Origin: an uncultured Thermoplasmatales archaeon
GTDB lineage: Archaea > Thermoplasmatota > E2 > DHVEG-1
Direction: 5' to 3'
DNA: 34,348 nt
NCBI GenBank assembly: GCA_964517155.1
Contig: CAZFAZ010000041.1
Location: 1-34,348 of the forward strand
Both the position numbers and the translations under genes were made by a program. Below the pieces are notes generated by a model. It saw only the letters and a program-made list of their open reading frames with translations, was not told the DNA's origin and made no database searches. Shown piece after piece: positions 18,482 to 26,651 of the stretch. Within the stretch, counting starts at the first letter, position 1. The number at the start of each line of letters is the position of its first letter.

Positions 18482-19903
18482 ATGTTAGAACTTGCAATTG
18501 TAGACTACGCAATAATTATTTCATATTTTGTAATGCTTTTTGCACTAGGTTTTTTTATAAAAAGAAAGGTTCATAATTTAAATGATTATTTTTTAGCAGG
18601 TAGAAGACTAACACTTCCAATATTTGTTGCAACACTTGTATCAACATGGTACGGAGGTCTTTTAGGTGTAGGAGAACTATCTTTTAATTATGGTTTTGTA
18701 AACTGGCTTACCCAAGGATTCTTTTGGTATTTAGTTTATTTATTCTTTGCGTTTTTTCTTGCAAATAGAATTAGAAAATCAAATCTTTATACGATACCTG
18801 ATCAACTAGAACGTTTCTATGATAAAAAATCACGATTTTTGGGTGCAATTTTTAATTTTATAATGGTAACACCAGCACCATATGTGTTTTCAATGGGTCT
18901 AATCTTTAGTATAATTTTTGGATGGGATTTATGGATTGGAATACTACTTGGAACAATAGTAATTGTATTTTATACAATGCGAGGTGGTTTTTTTGCAGAT
19001 GTCTATACTGATTTTGTTCAATTCTTTTTAATGATGATAGGAGTTGCAATGATAATACCCCTTGCTGTTCAAACATATGGTGGCTTTGATTTTTTAACAT
19101 TAAATCTTCCTGAGACACATTTAACACTTACAGGTGGATGGACTACTCAAATGATACTTGTATGGGGTTTTCTTGCATTCTGGACACTTGCAGATCCAGG
19201 TTTTTACCAGCGTTGTTATGCTGCAAAAAACGATAAAATACCAAAGAAAGGAATACTTATTTCAATTGGATTTTGGCTCTTGTTTGATATCTGCACTACT
19301 TTTACTGGAATGTATGCTGCGGCTGCATCAAACGCTGGGCTTTTAGTTGTAGAATCTGCAACAACATCATACATCTCAATTGCTAGTGCTCTTTTGCCAC
19401 CAGCACTATTAGGTTTGTTTTTAACAGGGCTAATTGCAACTGTTATGAGCACTGTTGATTCTTTCACATTTCTTGGTGCTATGAATATCTCCCATGATCT
19501 TTACAAAAACATATTCAAAAAACAGGCAACAGAAAAACAAGTAATTAATATGACAAAAATTGGAATTATAATAACTATTGGTTTTGCAGTGATTTTATCA
19601 CTATTTTTCAATTCGATCGTTACTATGTGGTATACAATTGGAACATTAGGCATCTCTGCACTCATTGTTCCAATTATGATAGGATTTTTTTATAAAGGAA
19701 AAAAATCACCTTTGGCATCAATTTTCTCTATGATTGCAGGCTCTGTAACTTCTCTTTTTTGGATGATTAATGGTTACATGAATCTTGATTCTTGGGGATG
19801 GCCTCAATATATCGGAGGTTTTGAACCGCTTTATCCAGGTCTTTTGGCATCACTTTTGGTTTTTGTAATTGTAAATTTAATTCATACAAGGAGGATGAAA
19901 TAA
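18482..19903 (+). CDS. Sodium:solute symporter (SSS family), probable thiamine or precursor uptake
   Basis: DYFLAGR, YTIPD.LERFY, YT..GGF.ADVYTDFVQ, FYQRCYAAK and ATVMSTVDS, with about 13 hydrophobic segments. Substrate is inferred from operon context. Confidence 0.88.
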   Translation: MLELAIVDYAIIISYFVMLFALGFFIKRKVHNLNDYFLAGRRLTLPIFVATLVSTWYGGLLGVGELSFNYGFVNWLTQGFFWYLVYLFFAFFLANRIRKSNLYTIPDQLERFYDKKSRFLGAIFNFIMVTPAPYVFSMGLIFSIIFGWDLWIGILLGTIVIVFYTMRGGFFADVYTDFVQFFLMMIGVAMIIPLAVQTYGGFDFLTLNLPETHLTLTGGWTTQMILVWGFLAFWTLADPGFYQRCYAAKNDKIPKKGILISIGFWLLFDICTTFTGMYAAAASNAGLLVVESATTSYISIASALLPPALLGLFLTGLIATVMSTVDSFTFLGAMNISHDLYKNIFKKQATEKQVINMTKIGIIITIGFAVILSLFFNSIVTMWYTIGTLGISALIVPIMIGFFYKGKKSPLASIFSMIAGSVTSLFWMINGYMNLDSWGWPQYIGGFEPLYPGLLASLLVFVIVNLIHTRRMK

Positions 19904-19904
19904 A

Positions 19905-20015
19905 ATGGATCTTGCCTATCTTTTAATTGCAGATGCAATAGGACTTATGGTTGCAACATTTGTTTTAACATATTTTTTTATAAAGGATTTTTTAAAGGAT
20001 AAAAATAAAAAATAG
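19905..20015 (+). CDS. 36-aa single-TM small membrane protein, last gene of the thiamine operon
   Basis: Manual translation MDLAYLLIADAIGLMVATFVLTYFFIKDFLKDKNKK*. Preceded by SD GGAGG(19890-19894) and starts 2 nt after the SSS stop. Confidence 0.65.
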   Translation: MDLAYLLIADAIGLMVATFVLTYFFIKDFLKDKNKK

Positions 20016-20029
20016 CGGTAAAAAACCAC

Positions 20030-20689
20030 TTATTTTTTTTGATTATTTTTAGCTTTTGCAAAAGATAATATTGCGCCTAATGCAATTGATAAAAATGCAG
20101 CCACCAGCACTCTATACTCTGATGGTAATAAGAAAGTTATTGTATGTGCGGGTATCCAAAATAGTGGAATTGTTTTCAATACAACAAAAGATACAAAATT
20201 GCCCCAGTCTATTTTATTTGATATTTGATCTAGTTTTATATTAGTTTTCCCTTCAATGAATCTTAGATCTGCGTAAGTATCAGTAATTCTATGGAACGCC
20301 ATCATTGTTGGTGCAAAAGTTAAATTCATTATAGCACTGGTTAAAAATGCAAATGCTATAGTGTATCCAGCTCCGGGCAATAATCCCTTTTCCATTGCAT
20401 CTGTTATACCTGCAGGGAAAATAGTAAATATTAAAGTAATTACAACTCCTAAAAACCCCCATATAAATGCTCTGAATAAAAATCCTTTTCGTATTTTCCA
20501 TTCGCTTGTAACTAGCCTATAGGCTAAAAGATCCCCCATCGTTGCCAATATGGCAAATTTTATAAATCCTGCTACATAAGAATAATTTGTGGTAAAACCA
20601 ATAAACATTTCGTGGGTAGTTGGATATACTAAAAATGCTACAATTCCAATTAAAGCCGCAGCCCAAATAAAATCTCCTTTTTTTAACAT
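20030..20689 (-). CDS. Integral membrane protein, Mpv17/PMP22-like C-terminal half
   Basis: Multiple TMs; KFAILATMGD and FWIPAHTITF.LP.EYRVL.AA.LS resemble Mpv17/PMP22 family motifs. Confidence 0.65.
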   Translation of the reverse strand: MLKKGDFIWAAALIGIVAFLVYPTTHEMFIGFTTNYSYVAGFIKFAILATMGDLLAYRLVTSEWKIRKGFLFRAFIWGFLGVVITLIFTIFPAGITDAMEKGLLPGAGYTIAFAFLTSAIMNLTFAPTMMAFHRITDTYADLRFIEGKTNIKLDQISNKIDWGNFVSFVVLKTIPLFWIPAHTITFLLPSEYRVLVAAFLSIALGAILSFAKAKNNQKK

Positions 20690-20797
20690 AATGCTTCGCT
20701 AACTGGCATAAAATTGTGATTAATACATTTTGCTATATTTTTTTCAATGTATTTTTGTTTGCATTTTTATTATGGCCAGTATATCCTTTCATCTAGT

Positions 20798-22090
20798 TTA
20801 TCGTTCAATGACTCTTTTTGCTTTTCCTGTGCTTCGTTCAATTGTCTTTGGTTGAATTGCCTTTACAGGAACATGTAGATTTAAAATGCTGTATATTTCG
20901 TCTTCTGCTTTTTGCTCAAGATCGTCAAGATGTCCTTGCCTCCAACGTGCTTCAGTTGGTTCTACTTCAACTGAAAGTTCAGTGATATCTCCTTTCTTGG
21001 ATTTAATTATTTGATAAAACTCACTTATTCCTTCTACTTGCATAAGTCCTGCTTCTATTTGACTAGGAAATACTATTACTCCTTTGACTTTCATCATGTC
21101 ATCAGAGCGACCTTTTATTCTTGATTGAATTGGAAGTGTTCTTCCACAGTCGCATGGATCTTCATATAGTGTTGCAAGGTCTTTTGTTCTAAAACGAATG
21201 GCAGGGAATGCTTTTTTTGTAAGAGTTGTAAATACAAGTTCTCCTTCTTGACCTGGTTCTAGTGTTTCTCCGGTTTGTGGGTCTATTATTTCTGCAAGGA
21301 AATGATCTGCGTTTATATGCAGTTTTTTATGTTTGCACTCTGATACAACACCGGGTCCAATAATCTCGGTGAGACCGTAATGTTCTGCGGCATGAATTCC
21401 CCATCTTTTTTCTACATTGCTTCTCATTTCTTCAGACCAAGCTTCGGCACCAAACGTTCCAAGTTTTAAATTAAAATCTTTTTTCGGCTCAAACCCCATT
21501 TCCTCTGCAACTTCTGCAATGTATAGTGAATAAGATGGCGTACAAGCAAGAACTGTGCTTTCAAAATCTTTCATGACATTAATTTGGCGTTGTGTATTTC
21601 CAGAGCCAATTGTTATTACCATTGCACCTATTTTTTGTGCTCCTTTTTCAAAGCCATGTGCACCTGTAAAAAAACCATATCCATATGCGTTTTGCATTCG
21701 ATCAGATTTTCGCATGCCATTTGCATAAAGTGCTCTAGCCATGACTTCTCCCCAGAGATCTACATCGTTTCTTGTATATGGTCCTACGACGGGTTTACCC
21801 GTTGTTCCTGAGGATGCATGGACTTCTACGATTTCATCTAGTTCTGTACAGACGAGGCCAAAAGGATAGTATTTTCGCAAATCATGTTTTGTCAAAAACG
21901 GTAGTTTTTCAAGGTCTTTGAGTTCTTTGATGTCTGAGGGTTTTACTTTTGCTTCGTCAAACTTTAGTTTATAATATTTATTTTTTGAATAAACACGGTT
22001 TATAAGTTCTTTTAATCTTTTAAGTTGTAGTTCTTTAAGTTTTTTTATAGGCATTGCTTCTATTTTATTGTCCCACAAATCAGCTGGCAT
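20798..22090 (-). CDS. paaK: Phenylacetate-CoA ligase family protein
   Basis: LPFLTK.DLR..YPFG, HASSGTTGKP, NAYGYG.FTG, CTPSY, FGAEAWSE, YGLTEIIGPGV, RFRT.D, GRSDDM and GKAKRV. Confidence 0.92.
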   Translation of the reverse strand: MPADLWDNKIEAMPIKKLKELQLKRLKELINRVYSKNKYYKLKFDEAKVKPSDIKELKDLEKLPFLTKHDLRKYYPFGLVCTELDEIVEVHASSGTTGKPVVGPYTRNDVDLWGEVMARALYANGMRKSDRMQNAYGYGFFTGAHGFEKGAQKIGAMVITIGSGNTQRQINVMKDFESTVLACTPSYSLYIAEVAEEMGFEPKKDFNLKLGTFGAEAWSEEMRSNVEKRWGIHAAEHYGLTEIIGPGVVSECKHKKLHINADHFLAEIIDPQTGETLEPGQEGELVFTTLTKKAFPAIRFRTKDLATLYEDPCDCGRTLPIQSRIKGRSDDMMKVKGVIVFPSQIEAGLMQVEGISEFYQIIKSKKGDITELSVEVEPTEARWRQGHLDDLEQKAEDEIYSILNLHVPVKAIQPKTIERSTGKAKRVIER

Positions 22091-22221
22091 AAAGTTATAT
22101 CCTCCCTTATTTCTTGGTGCGGAAAATAAAGAGTTTATTTATAATGATTGTGAAAATTTTTCAATAATAGATGATAATTAATAAAAAACAACGCAGTATT
22201 CACAAACAAAATAGGGATAAT

Positions 22222-23370
22222 ATGAATGTTTTAGTACTTGGCTCAGGAATGATGGGTCGTGCAATTGCATTTGACCTTTCAAGTTTTTCTAATTTTGATT
22301 CTGTTACAATATTGGATAATGATAAAAAAACACTTGAAGCTGCGAAAGAATTCTTAAAAAATAAAAAAATAAATTTTGGAAAAATTGATGTAAAAAGTTT
22401 AACTCAAGTAAAAAAAAGATTTGGACAAGCAGATGTTGTTGTTTCTGCGATACCATATAATTTTAATTATGATTTGACAAAAATTGCAATTCAAACAAAA
22501 ACTCATTTTATAGATCTTGGTGGAAACAATAAAGTTGTTGAAAAGCAAAGATCTTTACATAAAAAAGCAAAAGATGTAAAAGTTACAGTTATTCCTGATT
22601 GCGGTCTTGCACCGGGCCTTGTATCCGTGATTACACGCGATATTGTTGATTTTTATGATAGTGTTGATTATGTTAAATTAAGAGTTGGTGGTCTTCCAAA
22701 AAATCCTGTTTTGCCTTTTAATTATCAGTTTGTCTTTTCACCTAATGGTCTTATAAATGAATATGTTCAAGATGCAATTGTTCTTGATAATAAAAAAATA
22801 GTTTTTAAAAAATCACTAACTGAAATTGAAAAGATTGCTTTTCCGGAGCCTTTTGGGGAGATGGAAGCATTTGTTACTTCAGGAGGATGTTCAACACTTC
22901 CATATACATTTAGATATATAATTAAATATCTTGATTATAAAACTATAAGATATCCTGGGCACTGCGAAAAATTCAAATTGCTAATTGACTTAGGACTCGG
23001 TTCTGACAAGTCCTTCAATATAAATGGATACAAAATAATCCCAAGGGAAATACTAATAAAACTTCTTAAAAAATTAATTCCTTTTGAAGGTGAAGATATA
23101 GTATTGCTCAAAGTCTTTGCACAAGGTACAAAAAACAATAAAAAAACAAAACTTGAGTATACAATGATTGATTGCTATGATTCCAAGAATAATATTTCTG
23201 CTATGATGCGAACCACAGGTTATCCCGTATCAATTATTGCGCAGATGATACAACAAAAAATAATTGATAAATACGGTGTTTTTACATCAGAAGAAATAAT
23301 AAATCCTAAATATCTTTTCAAAGAACTCAAAAAAAGAAATATAGAAATCAAAAAGGAAAACAAGTTATGA
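22222..23370 (+). CDS. Saccharopine dehydrogenase family oxidoreductase (lysine 6-dehydrogenase-like)
   Basis: MNVLVLGSGMMG (Rossmann fold), IPDCGLAPGL, VGGLP, YKTIRYPGH and SAMMRTTGYP. SD AGGGA before ATG 22222; the ORF track starts at 22171. Confidence 0.85.
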   Translation: MNVLVLGSGMMGRAIAFDLSSFSNFDSVTILDNDKKTLEAAKEFLKNKKINFGKIDVKSLTQVKKRFGQADVVVSAIPYNFNYDLTKIAIQTKTHFIDLGGNNKVVEKQRSLHKKAKDVKVTVIPDCGLAPGLVSVITRDIVDFYDSVDYVKLRVGGLPKNPVLPFNYQFVFSPNGLINEYVQDAIVLDNKKIVFKKSLTEIEKIAFPEPFGEMEAFVTSGGCSTLPYTFRYIIKYLDYKTIRYPGHCEKFKLLIDLGLGSDKSFNINGYKIIPREILIKLLKKLIPFEGEDIVLLKVFAQGTKNNKKTKLEYTMIDCYDSKNNISAMMRTTGYPVSIIAQMIQQKIIDKYGVFTSEEIINPKYLFKELKKRNIEIKKENKL

Positions 23371-23954
23371 TAAAAGAAAGAGATTTCATTCAAAACAAAA
23401 AACTTACAATGCAAAAGCTAGAAAATGCAAAAAAAGAAAAACTAGTCGATGAAGGAATAATTCCTATAATTGATATTATTAATTCAAATGAAAACTACTA
23501 TACCAGTAGCAGTTGTTATGGCCGGATAGTCTTACTTGAGCTGCCTGATCTTGGTGATAAAAAAAATGCAGAGTTTCTTGGCAAATGGCATAGAAAAATA
23601 AATGCCAAAGACGTTTTTTTATCTTTGGAAAAAAGCTCAGGAGCCGGACAACTCTGGTTTCTTGCACAATCACCAATTATTCATGTTTACGCAAAAGATA
23701 TATATTGTGCAGATAAACTTGTAAAAACTACTGTTAACTGTGGTTTTAAACATAGTGGTTTTAAAACAAGTGAAAAAAATATAATTGTTGAGATTACAAG
23801 CACTGAGCGTATCGATGCGCCAGTGGGTATAAATGGTAAACTGTATTGTGATAAAGAATATGTTTTTTTGCTTGTAGATATTGCAAATAAGGTTTTTGAA
23901 AAATCTTTGTTAAAGCTTGAAAAACTTAAAAATGCACTTTCTCAAGAATTTTAA
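23367..23954 (+). CDS. taw3: tRNA(Phe) wyosine-derivative methyltransferase Taw3/Tyw3
   Basis: VDEGI, YYTSSSCYGRI, KWH, PIIHV, GFKHSG and VEI.STER..AP. ATGA overlap with the upstream gene. Confidence 0.9.
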   Translation: MIKERDFIQNKKLTMQKLENAKKEKLVDEGIIPIIDIINSNENYYTSSSCYGRIVLLELPDLGDKKNAEFLGKWHRKINAKDVFLSLEKSSGAGQLWFLAQSPIIHVYAKDIYCADKLVKTTVNCGFKHSGFKTSEKNIIVEITSTERIDAPVGINGKLYCDKEYVFLLVDIANKVFEKSLLKLEKLKNALSQEF

Positions 23955-24027
23955 ATAGTTTTTATTATATTTTTTAAGAAATATTTAAGTACTTGTAAAA
24001 CAACAGATTAGTCTAAGGAATAAAAAA

Positions 24028-24324
24028 ATGAAAAAAATAAAAGCGCTTACCATGACTATGACATTTTGGGTCTTGTTAATTATATTATCAATATCATGGT
24101 TAATATTTTTAATTCTAAACAATTTAATACTAGTACAAACAAATATCTTCTTACTCTTAGTTTTACTTGTTGCGGCTTTAAGCTTTACACTATCTATATA
24201 TTTTATCTATCAAATTATTTTTGATGTACGAGTTGAACTTAAAAAAGCACGTGAAAAAGAAAAAAATGTAAGAGATATTCTTCAGTATGAACAACTCTTA
24301 GACCCGCCATCTATATATAATTAA
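24028..24324 (+). CDS. Small hypothetical membrane protein (2 TM plus charged tail)
   Basis: 98-aa ORF with two long hydrophobic stretches; SD-like AAGGA upstream. Confidence 0.6.
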   Translation: MKKIKALTMTMTFWVLLIILSISWLIFLILNNLILVQTNIFLLLVLLVAALSFTLSIYFIYQIIFDVRVELKKAREKEKNVRDILQYEQLLDPPSIYN

Positions 24325-24338
24325 AAAAATTACTTTTT

Positions 24339-24689
24339 TTAGTTACAATAATTATGAATTTTCCATGCGTCTTTAGGAATTTTTTTATAAATCTTATAAG
24401 GATCTTCAACTTTTTCTTCATGAGCTGCTTGACGTATCATCTCATCATTAAAAGACCAATAAAATTTTCTTGTAATTCTTCCTTGTTCTTTGAATTCTTC
24501 ACGCCTCTGCTTTAACAGATTTTGTCTTTGAAGTTCATATAAAAGTGCTCTTGAATATTTATCTATACTCATGTCCTCTATTTCATCTTGACCGTCAAAA
24601 ATATTTTCAACAGTTTTAGCAAGTGCAACAGCATCTTCTTTTGCCATTTCAAAACGATTTTTTAATGCCATCATTAATAAGTGCTTCAT
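24339..24689 (-). CDS. DUF6015-like small wHTH protein (TFE-alpha-like fold)
   Basis: Pattern AL...A..LA.....F....I.D......R...Y.L....LL...REE....GR..R..YW...IY..IP..AW, recalled from Thermoplasmatota DUF6015 proteins. SD GAGG upstream. Confidence 0.6.
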   Translation of the reverse strand: MKHLLMMALKNRFEMAKEDAVALAKTVENIFDGQDEIEDMSIDKYSRALLYELQRQNLLKQRREEFKEQGRITRKFYWSFNDEMIRQAAHEEKVEDPYKIYKKIPKDAWKIHNYCN

Positions 24690-24842
24690 ATTTTAAAACC
24701 TCACACAATTTTTATTTTGTAGTTTTTATTTAAAAAGACTTGTTGTACAACTCTTACCCTGCTTCTTTACAACAGTTATCCGAATGCTTTAAATCTCAAT
24801 TGTTTATACACCCCACCAGCAAGATTTAATGGGGTAGATTTT

Positions 24843-25928
24843 ATGACAAAAAGAATCTATAATTTCTATGCAGGACCAGCAACACTTCCGCTTCCTGCAC
24901 TAAAAAAAGCACAAGAAGAATTTTTAAACTTTAGCGGAACAGGCATGTCAATACTAGAGATTTCACACAGGTCAAAAGAATATGATGCAGTCCACAAACA
25001 AGCAACAGACCTAGTAAAAGAACTTATGAAACTACCTGATGATTACAAAGTATTATGGCTGCAGGGCGGAGCATCTACACAGTTTTATATGGTTCCAGTA
25101 AACCTTCAAGTAAAAGGAAAACCAATGGAATATGTAAATACGGGCGTATGGGCAAAAAAAGCAATAAAAGAAGCAAAATTTTATGGGGATGTAAATGTTG
25201 TTGCAAGTTCAGAGGCTGAAAACTTTTCATATATACCAAAAAACATAAAATTTAGCGACAAAGCAGCATATGCACACATTACAGGAAACAACACAATATA
25301 TGGTACAGAATACCATGAATGGCCAAAAACACCTAGTGATGTACCACTTGTCTGTGACATGAGCTCAAATATGATGGACAAAGTCGTAGATGCAAAAAAG
25401 TTTGGTGTAATATATGCTGGTGCACAAAAAAACATAGGGCCTGCTGGTGTTACAATGCTAATTGTAAGAGAAGACTTGCTCAAAAGAGTTTCTGAAAACA
25501 CGCCAACAATGCAAAAATGGGTGACACACTCAGATAAAGACTCACTTTTTAACACATGTCCGACCTTTTCAATATATATGTGCAAGCTATGCTTGGAGCA
25601 TCTGAAAAGTATCGGTGGAATACCTGCAATTGAAAAACTAAACCGCAAAAAAGCAAAAATAATATACGACGTAATCGACAAATCAAAAGGATTTTACAAA
25701 GGACACGCAAAACCAGATTCCCGATCACTTATGAATATAACATTTAGGCTTCCAAATGAAGAGTTGGAACAAAAATGTGTAAGTGAAGCAAAACAAAAAG
25801 AGCTTATTGGATTAAAAGGACACCGCTCAGTAGGTGGAATGAGAGCATCAATTTATAATGCAATGCCAATTGAGGGTGCTGAAAAACTAGCAGAATTCTT
25901 AAAAGAATTCCAAGATAAAAACCAATAA
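24843..25928 (+). CDS. serC: Phosphoserine aminotransferase (bacterial/eukaryotic-type SerC)
   Basis: YNFYAGPATLP, EISHRS, GGASTQF, DMSS, YAGAQKNIGPAG (PLP Lys), RSLMNITF and GHRSVGGMRASIYNA. Confidence 0.95.
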   Translation: MTKRIYNFYAGPATLPLPALKKAQEEFLNFSGTGMSILEISHRSKEYDAVHKQATDLVKELMKLPDDYKVLWLQGGASTQFYMVPVNLQVKGKPMEYVNTGVWAKKAIKEAKFYGDVNVVASSEAENFSYIPKNIKFSDKAAYAHITGNNTIYGTEYHEWPKTPSDVPLVCDMSSNMMDKVVDAKKFGVIYAGAQKNIGPAGVTMLIVREDLLKRVSENTPTMQKWVTHSDKDSLFNTCPTFSIYMCKLCLEHLKSIGGIPAIEKLNRKKAKIIYDVIDKSKGFYKGHAKPDSRSLMNITFRLPNEELEQKCVSEAKQKELIGLKGHRSVGGMRASIYNAMPIEGAEKLAEFLKEFQDKNQ

Positions 25929-25936
25929 AAAAGTTA

Positions 25937-25954
25937 TTTTTTTTCTTTTTTTTT
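25937..25954 (+). terminator. Oligo-T terminator after serC
   Basis: TTTTTTTTCTTTTTTTTT shortly after the stop. Confidence 0.6.
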
Positions 25955-25973
25955 GTTTACAATTTTTTCAATA

Positions 25974-26023
25974 TGACATTTTTGCAGGTTAACTTTAAAT
26001 ACCATATTTGACAAAAATTGTCA
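25974..26023 (+). promoter_or_regulatory. Response-regulator promoter with TGACA box, TATA and TGACA-N5-TGTCA palindrome
   Basis: TGACA at 25974, TTTAAATA at 25994-26001, and TGACAAAAATTGTCA at 26009-26023 next to the predicted TSS. Confidence 0.65.
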
Positions 26024-26060
26024 TGGTAAAGATGTTTCTTAGGAAGGTGAAAAAATAAAG

Positions 26061-26450
26061 ATGAATAAAAGAGTAATGATTGTTGATGACGAGCCTGACG
26101 TCTTAATATCACTAAAAACTGTTCTTGAAAGACAAAACTATGATGTTATAACAGTTACAAACGGCTCAGAATGCTTAAAAGAAATCGAAAAAGGGTTCAC
26201 AGGCGTAATACTTATGGATATAATGATGCCAGTAATGGACGGCTGGGAAACAATAAATCAAATAGTAAAAAAAGGTTATACAAAAGATGTTGCAATAGAA
26301 ATAATTACAGGTAAAGGAACAAAAGACTATCAAAAACTAAGCATACTAGGCTCATACATATATGATTACCTTGCAAAACCACTAAATGTAGAGCAACTTG
26401 TAGCAAGTGTAGAGGCATGTAACAGATACTTTCACTCAAAAAACGCATAA
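26061..26450 (+). CDS. Stand-alone response regulator receiver (CheY-like) protein
   Basis: VMIVDDE, phospho-acceptor ILMDIMMPVMDG, ITGK and YLAKP; no output domain. SD GGAAGGTGA. Confidence 0.93.
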   Translation: MNKRVMIVDDEPDVLISLKTVLERQNYDVITVTNGSECLKEIEKGFTGVILMDIMMPVMDGWETINQIVKKGYTKDVAIEIITGKGTKDYQKLSILGSYIYDYLAKPLNVEQLVASVEACNRYFHSKNA

Positions 26451-26464
26451 AATCTTATTTTTTT

Positions 26465-26510
26465 TGACATTTTGTCATTTTGACATTTTACCAGATTAGC
26501 CTTAAATATA
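26465..26510 (+). promoter_or_regulatory. Second copy of the TGACA-TATA promoter, with no ORF downstream
   Basis: TGACA-TTT-TGTCA-TTT-TGACA at 26465-26485 and CTTAAATATA at 26501-26510. Matches 25974-26001 at 23 of 28 positions. Confidence 0.65.
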
Positions 26511-26530
26511 ATTACAGTTCTACCAATTTT

Positions 26531-26651
26531 TACACATCCCATCCTAACAAAAATTTTTGTTGGGTCTGGATCAAAAAAAATTCCAAACACCAAATTCACG
26601 TTTATTAATTTCCTGCTTTAAAGGATCCAGGCCCTACTACCCCTCATTTTT
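26531..26651 (+). ncRNA. Candidate small RNA (~120 nt)
   Basis: Has its own promoter, an 11-bp stem 26562-26572/26624-26634, a hairpin at 26543-26564, C-rich ends and a 3' oligo-T at 26647-26653. Confidence 0.5.

Noticed and set aside
24810..24835. ACCCCA/TGGGGT hairpin sequestering the serC SD
   Set aside because: The TATA at 24788-24794 predicts a TSS near 24818, so the 5' arm is probably not transcribed; only 6 bp.
26432..26599. 55-codon minus-strand ORF (GTG start) across the candidate sRNA and its promoter
   Set aside because: Weak SD, no recognisable protein features, runs antisense through a promoter and into the receiver gene; likely chance.
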